In this document: piece after piece, positions 1 to 6,339 of the stretch | Position numbering within the stretch: position 1 is the first letter of the stretch | Layout of the letters: the number at the start of each line of letters is the position of its first letter | Source: Candidatus Iainarchaeum sp. | GTDB taxonomy: Archaea > Iainarchaeota > Iainarchaeia > Iainarchaeales > CSSED10-239 | Length of the DNA: 13,820 nucleotides | Direction: 5' to 3' | Assembly: GCA_028700905.1 (NCBI GenBank) | Contig: JAQVRT010000017.1 | Span: forward strand, 1-13,820 | Position numbers and translations under genes: made by a program | The notes under the pieces: model-generated | Told to the model about the DNA's origin: nothing | Seen by the model: the letters and a program-made list of their open reading frames with translations, nothing else | Database searches by the model: none

Positions 1-806
1 GAGGACAATTAATCTATAATGGAGAAAAGAATAGTTATATAATGTGGGTTGAACAAACCTATATAATGCATCAATCTGAAATTAAAGGAATGGATGTTGA
101 TCCTATAAAAGAAACTAATCCAGAAACTGGTTGTGAAGAAGATGCCTTTGAAATTAGTGTATCTCCAGATACTTCTAATCCTGAAGCTGTTAAAAAATCA
201 GAAAACATGAATAAAGCTTTAGAAAAGGTTGGACCTTTTAAGATGTTTGATACACCAACAAAAACATTTATTTTCTATACAACAGAACCTCCAGAATGTC
301 AAAATAGAATGAAAATTATAGATAAAGAAACAGGACAAGTTATTGATCAAGCAATTGATGAAATAATTACAACTCCTGATGGATTTATTGTAAGAACAGA
401 AGATGGACAAGAACATAATTTTGAATTTAGTGCAGAAGATGGTGTTCCTAAATTAAAGTATAATGATCAAACAGAAACTTTACTTTCAGCACAAGGTAAA
501 AATGGTTCTTTCTGGTATGATCCTAAGACAGGTAATTGGTATACAGAAAACGGTCACTTAATACCATTTGATCCTGAATACAGAGATGGAATGACATTTA
601 AAGTTGGAGAAGATGGTAAAGCTTATGGAACAACAGTTAATAACCTTCTTGGAAATCCAGCAGCAACAGGAGGAAGTGATAGAGGTACTTTAAATCTTCC
701 ATTAACTCCTGAAAAAATACTTCCATTCACTCTTTATATCTTAGTAATAATGGCAAGTTTTATGTACTTGTTTTCATCTAGAAATCAAAAATTTAAGAAA
801 AGGTAA
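1..806 (+). CDS. C-terminal part of a surface/secreted-type protein with a C-terminal TM anchor and basic tail (5'-partial)
   Basis: The frame of the tracked ORF (42..806) stays open back to nt 3 (GQLIYNGEKNSYI-MWVEQ...). No SD sits at a sensible distance before ATG-42, so the gene probably starts upstream of the window. The sequence is acidic and Thr/Pro/Gly-rich. It ends ...LNLPLTPEKI-LPFTLYILVIMASFMYLF-SSRNQKFKKR, i.e. motif, hydrophobic helix, basic tail. No family recognised. Confidence 0.6.
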   Translation, partial: GQLIYNGEKNSYIMWVEQTYIMHQSEIKGMDVDPIKETNPETGCEEDAFEISVSPDTSNPEAVKKSENMNKALEKVGPFKMFDTPTKTFIFYTTEPPECQNRMKIIDKETGQVIDQAIDEIITTPDGFIVRTEDGQEHNFEFSAEDGVPKLKYNDQTETLLSAQGKNGSFWYDPKTGNWYTENGHLIPFDPEYRDGMTFKVGEDGKAYGTTVNNLLGNPAATGGSDRGTLNLPLTPEKILPFTLYILVIMASFMYLFSSRNQKFKKR

Positions 807-814
807 AACTTTTC

Positions 815-946
815 TTATTTTTTAGGATTTCTTTTAATTAGTCTTTTGCTATTATCTCTAGATGCATTTTCTTTTTCTACAAAATTAGAGTTATTATTTT
901 TTCTAGATTGATTTCTTGGTTTCATAAATTTTCTTAAAAATGGCAT
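815..946 (-). CDS. hypothetical small, very basic protein (43 aa), not in the ORF track
   Basis: My translation is MPFLRKFMKPRNQSRKNNNSNFVEKENASRDNSKRLIKRNPKK*. ATG is at 946-944 and is preceded on the - strand by GAGGT with a 7-nt spacer (aaaaGAGGTcataataATG). An in-frame stop lies directly upstream. The composition is low-complexity K/N/R, which AT-rich DNA also yields by chance. Confidence 0.3.
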   Translation of the reverse strand: MPFLRKFMKPRNQSRKNNNSNFVEKENASRDNSKRLIKRNPKK

Positions 947-1043
947 TTATTATGACCTCTTTTATGTTTTCTTAAATAATATATTTTACAATAATCTATT
1001 TAAATATATTTATATATAATATATTAATTAAGGTGAAACAATT

Positions 1044-2552
1044 ATGGCTGAAATAAATGAATATGAACAAAATAGAAAAGCTAATTTTAAAAAATTAATT
1101 GATAATGGTATTGAACCATATCCATATACTTATGATAGAACACATCATTCTATTGATATTTTAGAAAAACATAAAGATTTAAAAGAAGATGAATATACAG
1201 AAGAAAATGCAAGTGTTGCAGGAAGAATATTACTTATTAGAAACTTAGGAAAAATTGCATTTTTAGATCTTCATGATAAAACAGGAAAAATCCAAATTGT
1301 TGTAAAAGAAGCTAATCTTAATGAAAAAGAAAAAATAATTCTTAATGCTTTAGATAGAGGAGACATTATTGGAGTTAAAGGAAAAATATTTAAAACAAAA
1401 AGAGGAGAAATTTCAATTGACTTAGAAAATTTAACTTTTCTTTCAAAAGCTTTTATGCCTCTTCCTGAAAAATATCACGGAATTAAAGATACAGAATTAA
1501 AATATAGAAAAAGATATATTGATTGGATGGTAAATAAAAAATCAAGAGATATATTTATAGTTAGATCAAAAATAATTTCTCTTATGAGAAAGTTTTTAGA
1601 TGAAAAAGGATTTTTAGAAGTTGAAACTCCTCTTTTACAACCATTATATGGTGGAGCAAATGCAAGACCTTTTGTAACTGAAAGTTTTGTATGGAAAAGA
1701 AATCTTTATTTATCAATTTCACCTGAACTTTATTTAAAAAGATTATTGGTTGGGGGATTTGAAAAAGTTTATACTATTTGTAAGAATTTTAGAAATGAAG
1801 GTGTAGATAAATCTCATAATCCTGAATTTACAATGCTTGAACTTTATGAAGCTTATAAAGACTATAACTCAGCTATGGATATTTTAGAAGAAATGCTTGA
1901 ATATGTCACTACAAATATTTTTGGAACAACCAAAATAATTTATGATGGAAATGAGTTTGATTTTAAAAGACCATGGCAAAAAATGACAATGAAAGAAGCT
2001 ATCTTTAAATATGCAAATATAGATATTGATAAATTATCTGATCAAGAAATTAAAGATTTATTAACAAAAGAAAAAATAGAACTTGAAGAATATAAAAGAG
2101 GACTTGCTATTGCAGAAATCTTTGAACATTATTGTGAAGATAAACTATATGGTCCAATACATATAATTGATCATCCAAAAGAGACAACTCCTCTTTGTAA
2201 GTTACATAGAGATGATAAAACATTAATTGAAAGAAACGAACCTTACTTAAATAGTATGGAACTTGCAAATATATACAGTGAACTTAATGATTCCTTTCTT
2301 CAAGAAGAATTAATGATTGAACAAAAAGATCAAGGAAAATCTAAGGGTGAAAATCATCCAATTGATACAGATTTTATAGAATCATTAAAGTTTGGTATGC
2401 CTCCTGCTTATGGTATAGGTATGGGTATTGATAGACTTGTTATTCTTTTAACAAATTCTCAAAATATTAGAGATGTAATATTATTTCCTTTATTAAGAGA
2501 AGAAGAATCTTCTAAAAAGAAAGAGGGAGAAAGTGATAAAGATGGTGCATAA
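1044..2552 (+). CDS. lysS: lysine--tRNA ligase, class II
   Basis: 502 aa. It has an N-terminal OB anticodon-binding region. Class II motif 2 is KNFRNEGVDKSHNPEFTMLELYEAY and motif 3 is GIGMGIDRLVILLT. The LysRS-typical ELANIYSELND...DTDFIESLKFGMPP is present. SD AAGGTGA lies 7 nt upstream of the ATG. Confidence 0.95.
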   Translation: MAEINEYEQNRKANFKKLIDNGIEPYPYTYDRTHHSIDILEKHKDLKEDEYTEENASVAGRILLIRNLGKIAFLDLHDKTGKIQIVVKEANLNEKEKIILNALDRGDIIGVKGKIFKTKRGEISIDLENLTFLSKAFMPLPEKYHGIKDTELKYRKRYIDWMVNKKSRDIFIVRSKIISLMRKFLDEKGFLEVETPLLQPLYGGANARPFVTESFVWKRNLYLSISPELYLKRLLVGGFEKVYTICKNFRNEGVDKSHNPEFTMLELYEAYKDYNSAMDILEEMLEYVTTNIFGTTKIIYDGNEFDFKRPWQKMTMKEAIFKYANIDIDKLSDQEIKDLLTKEKIELEEYKRGLAIAEIFEHYCEDKLYGPIHIIDHPKETTPLCKLHRDDKTLIERNEPYLNSMELANIYSELNDSFLQEELMIEQKDQGKSKGENHPIDTDFIESLKFGMPPAYGIGMGIDRLVILLTNSQNIRDVILFPLLREEESSKKKEGESDKDGA

Positions 2553-2700
2553 ATGTATAAAATGTAATAAAATAATTGATTCTACAAGAATCTATTGTAA
2601 AGCTTGTGAAGCTGAAATTAGAAAAAAGGATGAAATAAAAAGATTAAAAGAAAACCAATGGAATAAGGCAGATTTCTTTGAAAGACAAAGAATGAAGTGA
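2542..2700 (+). CDS. small Zn-ribbon protein (52 aa), not in the ORF track
   Basis: My translation is MVHKCIKCNKIIDSTRIYCKACEAEIRKKDEIKRLKENQWNKADFFERQRMK*. It has CxxC-x10-CxxC followed by a basic helix-like tail. The ATG overlaps the last 11 nt of lysS (ATGGTGCATAA), and the TGA stop at 2698-2700 lies 7 nt before the next gene's ATG. GTGAT lies 4 nt upstream. Confidence 0.55.
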   Translation: MVHKCIKCNKIIDSTRIYCKACEAEIRKKDEIKRLKENQWNKADFFERQRMK

Positions 2701-2707
2701 TTTTTAA

Positions 2708-3646
2708 ATGAAAAAAATATTAATTATTTCTCATAGAGATTTAGATGGGATTACTTCTGCTGTAAGTTATATCTGGAATCATTTAGAAACAATAAATGTT
2801 TCTAAAAATATTAAGAATATTTCTAAATATTCAGATATAATTGATTATGACCATGGAGAAGATATTTTAAAAAAGCTAAAATTAAAAAAAATAAATCTTA
2901 AAAATTATTCTCATTTAATAATTACAGATCTTTCTTTTTCTTTTGAAATAATGAATTTTTTTTATAAAAAATTTAAAGAAAATTTAATATGGATCGATCA
3001 TCATAAAAGAATTACAGATGAACTTGAAAAAGAATTTTTTAAACAAAAAATAAAAATTACAGGTATAAGAGACTTTAAACATGCGGCTTGTTTTTTAGTT
3101 TGGAAATTTTTTAAAAAAGATGCACCTGATTTTGTAAAATATGTACAAGATATGGATCTTTGGACTTTTAAACTTGAAAATTCAAAAGAATTTATTGCTG
3201 GTTTAGATACTTTTAAGGGACCATATACTAAGAAAAATATTAATTTTATTTTAAAATTTATAGATATTGATTATTTTAATAAACAAAAACAAAAAATTAT
3301 TGAAAGAGGAAAAATAATCCAAGAACATCAAATAAAACATGTAAAAGAACAATTGTTTTCTGGAAAAATTATTGATTTTTTTGGAAATAAAGCCTTTGTT
3401 GTTAACAGTATCTTTATACCAGGTGTTTTTGCAGAAGTAATATTTAAGGAAAAAAAATATAAATCTGCAGAAATTTTAATCATTTGGTATAAAGACCATA
3501 ATACTAATAAATTTAAGTTTAGTTTAAGAAGAAGAGAAAACTCAAAGGTTGATCTTTCCCTAATTGCAAAAAGATTAGGCGGAGGAGGGCATCCTGCTGC
3601 TTCTGGCTTTACTTTAAATTCTTTAGCAGAATTTAAATATGAATAG
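2708..3646 (+). CDS. DHH/DHHA1 family phosphoesterase (NrnA-like nanoRNase / pAp phosphatase type)
   Basis: 312 aa. DHH motifs are HRDLDGITSA (I), IITDLS (II) and WIDHHK (III). The DHHA1 signature GGGHPAASGF sits near the C-terminus. Size fits single-module NrnA-type enzymes. GTGAT SD lies 6 nt upstream. Confidence 0.85.
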   Translation: MKKILIISHRDLDGITSAVSYIWNHLETINVSKNIKNISKYSDIIDYDHGEDILKKLKLKKINLKNYSHLIITDLSFSFEIMNFFYKKFKENLIWIDHHKRITDELEKEFFKQKIKITGIRDFKHAACFLVWKFFKKDAPDFVKYVQDMDLWTFKLENSKEFIAGLDTFKGPYTKKNINFILKFIDIDYFNKQKQKIIERGKIIQEHQIKHVKEQLFSGKIIDFFGNKAFVVNSIFIPGVFAEVIFKEKKYKSAEILIIWYKDHNTNKFKFSLRRRENSKVDLSLIAKRLGGGGHPAASGFTLNSLAEFKYE

Positions 3647-3648
3647 AT

Positions 3649-4524
3649 ATGACAGAATACTTAATAAACCTTGCAAGATTTGTATCCTACAATGAAAAGA
3701 AAGAAATCTACAGAGACCTTAAAAATAAAGGCTACTTTGTTTCAAATGATTCTTGGTCTTATAGAAGACTTATAGTTAATAAACCTGTAAAAAATAAACC
3801 TTTTGTTGCAAGTTTAATTGAACTTAAAGAAACTTTTTATCAAAATAATTTAAGTCAAACAATAGATAGACTTTCAAAATATAAGATAAAAGAAATTAAA
3901 GCAAAAATTGAAAGAAATGTGCCTTTTCATTCAAAAGCTATAACTGAAAGATATCTTAAAAAATATAAATTTGATCCTGAAGGAGAAGTTATTTATCTTG
4001 AAGCAAGACTTGAAAAAGATAAAGTTGCAATAAGACTTGGTTTTTATTTAGATGATAAAGAAAATATTCCTGTTAAAAAAGAAGTTGTATATCCAGATAT
4101 TGGAATTGAAAGCCCATTTACTTTAGGAGAAGTTGGAGATTTTTTAAGACTTTCAAAAACTTTTAAAACAAAAGTTTTTATTTTTACTTTAAATGATCCT
4201 GATTGTTTAAATAATATACAAAATTTTTTAAAAGAAAATAGTTTTGATAAAGGAAATATAACTATTGTAAAAGATATTGAATCTTTTAGAAATGAATATG
4301 AAATTATAGGATTTAGTATGTGGGGTAAAGATCCTCTTGAAACAATTATTAAAAATAAAGAAAAAAAGAAATTATTGTTATTTGGAAATGAAAGAAGAGG
4401 GCTTTTAAAAAAAACAATGGATCAGTGTAATAAAATAATAAAGATTGGATCTTCTTCTGAACCATTAAGAGCAACTCAAGCAGCATCTTTTGCTTTAGGA
4501 TATATTTTTTCTAAAGAAAATTAA
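3649..4524 (+). CDS. SPOUT (SpoU/TrmH-like) RNA methyltransferase-like protein with an N-terminal extension
   Basis: 291 aa. The C-terminal half resembles SpoU motifs: ESPFTLGEVGDFLRLS (motif 1-like), LLLFGNERRGL (motif 2) and EPLRATQAASFALGYIF (motif 3-like knot region). About 140 aa of N-terminal domain are of unknown type. The start lies 2 nt after the DHH stop, suggesting translational coupling. Confidence 0.6.
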   Translation: MTEYLINLARFVSYNEKKEIYRDLKNKGYFVSNDSWSYRRLIVNKPVKNKPFVASLIELKETFYQNNLSQTIDRLSKYKIKEIKAKIERNVPFHSKAITERYLKKYKFDPEGEVIYLEARLEKDKVAIRLGFYLDDKENIPVKKEVVYPDIGIESPFTLGEVGDFLRLSKTFKTKVFIFTLNDPDCLNNIQNFLKENSFDKGNITIVKDIESFRNEYEIIGFSMWGKDPLETIIKNKEKKKLLLFGNERRGLLKKTMDQCNKIIKIGSSSEPLRATQAASFALGYIFSKEN

Positions 4525-5663
4525 ATCTTATATTTAGATACTGCTTTATCTATTTCTTTTATAACTTTTTTATCAAGAACAGATGGTATTATTTTCTTTT
4601 CTGTTGGTTTTTTAATTACACCAGCAATTGCTTTTGAAACATCTATTTTTAGTTCTTGAGAAATATCTATAACATTATATTTTAATAAAGCTTTAAAAAG
4701 CCCAGGAAATACTAAAACATTATTTATTTGATTATCATAATCACTTCTTCCTGTTGCTATAATTTTAGCTTTTCCTTTTTTAGCGTCTGTTGGAAAAATT
4801 TCAGGAGTTGGGTTTGCAAGAGCAAAAATTATTGAATCTTGGTTCATTGTTAAAATATCTTCTGTTTTCAAAAGATTTCCTTTTGAAGCACCTATAAAAA
4901 TATCAGCATTTTTTATAGCTTCTAAAAGATTTCCAGAAATATTTTCTTTATTTGTTATATCTAATATCTCTTTTTTATAACCATTAAGATCTTTTCTTTC
5001 ATTTGAAATTATTCCTTTAGAATCACACACTAAAATATTCATAAAACCAGCAGCATGTAAAAGTTTAGTTATTGAAAGTCCAGCAGCACCTGCTCCGTTA
5101 ATAACAATTCTACTATTTTTATCTTTTTTTGTAACTTTTAAGGCATTATAAAGGGCCGCTAAGACAACAATAGCGGTTCCATGCTGATCATCATGAAAAA
5201 CAGGTATGTCTAGCTCTTTTTTAAGCCTATTTTCTATTTCAAAGCATCTAGGAGCAGCTATATCTTCTAAATTTATACCACCATAACTTTTTGAAATTAA
5301 TTTAACTGTTTTTATTATTTCTTCTGTATCTTTTGAATCAATTGTTATTGGAAAAGCATCAACATCTGCAAATTCTTTAAAAAGAGCAGCTTTTCCTTCC
5401 ATGACAGGTAAAGATGCTAAGGGACCAATATCTCCTAACCCTAAAACAGCTGAACCATCTGTAATAATTGCAATAGTATTTTTTGAAGAGGTTAATTGTT
5501 TTGCTTTTTTAAAATCTTTATAGATTTCAAGAGAAACAGCACCAACTCCAGGAGTATAAAGTAAAGATAAATCTTTTTTTGAAGAAATTTTCTTTTTTGA
5601 AACTATTTCTATTTTACCTTTTAGTTTATTATGTAGCTTAATGCTTTCTGCATTATAATCCAT
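4521..5663 (-). CDS. NAD(P)-dependent malic enzyme, short (~380 aa) form
   Basis: The N-terminus ...HNKLKGKIEIVSK...LSLLYTPGVGAV is typical of short malic enzymes. Other matches are ITDGSAVLGLGDIG, FHDDQHGTA and the Rossmann motif NGAGAAG. Length is 380 aa. Confidence 0.9.
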   Translation of the reverse strand: MDYNAESIKLHNKLKGKIEIVSKKKISSKKDLSLLYTPGVGAVSLEIYKDFKKAKQLTSSKNTIAIITDGSAVLGLGDIGPLASLPVMEGKAALFKEFADVDAFPITIDSKDTEEIIKTVKLISKSYGGINLEDIAAPRCFEIENRLKKELDIPVFHDDQHGTAIVVLAALYNALKVTKKDKNSRIVINGAGAAGLSITKLLHAAGFMNILVCDSKGIISNERKDLNGYKKEILDITNKENISGNLLEAIKNADIFIGASKGNLLKTEDILTMNQDSIIFALANPTPEIFPTDAKKGKAKIIATGRSDYDNQINNVLVFPGLFKALLKYNVIDISQELKIDVSKAIAGVIKKPTEKKIIPSVLDKKVIKEIDKAVSKYKI

Positions 5664-5719
5664 ATTATATCATCTCTGTTATATTTATTAAAAATAATTA
5701 AATTATAAAAAAAATAGTT

Positions 5720-5755
5720 ATAAAAAAATAAAAAAAATAGTTAAAAAACTATTTT
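5720..5755 (-). terminator. weak AT-rich hairpin overlapping the grx stop, followed by an oligo-T run (- strand)
   Basis: On the - strand the hairpin reads AAAATAGTT-TTTT-AACTATTTT (5755->5734), a 9-bp stem with only one G:C pair. It is followed by TTTTATTTTTTT. The 14-nt direct repeat AAAAAAAATAGTTA occurs at 5707-5720 and 5730-5743 (+ strand). Confidence 0.3.
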
Positions 5756-5979
5756 AAAGCTTGATCAATTGCAGGTTTATTAAACCCAATAATAACTTGA
5801 CCATTAACATCTAAAACAGGAACCCCTTGTTGTCCTGATTTTTGAATCATTTCCATTGCTCTTTCCATGTTTGATCCAACATCAACATCTTCAAATTCAA
5901 TGTTTTTAGATTTTAAATATTCTTTTGCCATAACACAATAAGGACATGACTTTGTAGAATATACAGTTACATTATTCAT
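5749..5979 (-). CDS. glutaredoxin-like / NrdH-like small redoxin
   Basis: CPYC active site in VTVYSTKSCPYCVMAKEYL, and the GVPVL...NG cis-Pro region. The track starts it at a GTG (5988). I prefer ATG at 5979, which is preceded by GGTGA 8 nt upstream and sits 1 nt after the ArsR TAG stop (GGTGAATAGTATG). Confidence 0.85.
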   Translation of the reverse strand: MNNVTVYSTKSCPYCVMAKEYLKSKNIEFEDVDVGSNMERAMEMIQKSGQQGVPVLDVNGQVIIGFNKPAIDQALK

Positions 5980-5980
5980 A

Positions 5981-6250
5981 CTATTCACCTTTTAATTTTT
6001 TAATATCAGATATTATTTTTAATAATAGTTTTTTATTTTTTATTTTTATACACTTAGATTTATTTATTTTTTCAATAGTTATAATTCCTTCTTTTTTAAG
6101 AATTGCTAATTGTCTTGAAATAGTAGAAAGATCTTTACCTGTAAAGGATGCAAGATCTGTACAACAATTATCTTTCTCATTTAAAAGTTTTAGAACTATT
6201 GAATACCTGGTTTCTTCTCCAAGTGCCTTAAAGATTTTATATTCTTCCAT
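5981..6250 (-). CDS. ArsR/SmtB-family winged-helix transcriptional regulator
   Basis: 89 aa. FKALGEETRYSIVLKLL...CCTDLASFTGKDLSTISRQLAILKKEGII is a typical ArsR HTH. A vicinal Cys pair (NCCTDL) sits where ArsR carries ELCVCDL. Confidence 0.85.
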   Translation of the reverse strand: MEEYKIFKALGEETRYSIVLKLLNEKDNCCTDLASFTGKDLSTISRQLAILKKEGIITIEKINKSKCIKIKNKKLLLKIISDIKKLKGE

Positions 6251-6275
6251 ATTTAACTTTTCTTAAAAACTATCA

Positions 6276-6291
6276 TTGTATATATATACAA
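6276..6291. promoter_or_regulatory. perfect 16-bp palindrome TTGTATATATATACAA; candidate ArsR operator
   Basis: It lies between the TTTATAAA box (6303-6310) and the arsR ATG (6250), roughly where a transcription start would fall. AT-only palindromes are common in AT-rich DNA, so a functional role is inference. Confidence 0.3.
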
Positions 6292-6295
6292 GTAA

Positions 6296-6310
6296 AGAAA
6301 TGTTTATAAA
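6296..6310 (-). promoter_or_regulatory. TATA/BRE-like promoter element TTTATAAACATTTCT (read on the - strand) upstream of arsR-grx
   Basis: The 15-mer AGAAATGTTTATAAA (+ strand) lies 45 nt upstream of the arsR ATG. An identical 15-mer occurs at 10010-10024 with a 47-nt spacer to the next gene. Confidence 0.3.
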
Positions 6311-6339
6311 CCTATTTTTTAATTATAATTTTTAAAAAA

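Noticed and set aside
219-416. 65-aa ORF on the - strand inside the first gene
   Set aside because: It is an antisense shadow of a longer, compositionally sensible ORF. The translation is Cys/Phe/Asn/Ile-rich low complexity, with no SD and no recognisable motif.
2553-2567. ATG immediately after the lysS stop
   Set aside because: That frame reads M-Y-K-M-stop. The Zn-ribbon ORF is in the frame starting at ATG 2542 instead.
5980-5988. GTG start for the glutaredoxin gene as given by the ORF track (8-nt overlap with arsR)
   Set aside because: An ATG three codons downstream (5979) is preceded by GGTGA at proper spacing and sits 1 nt after the arsR stop. The GTG has no such support.
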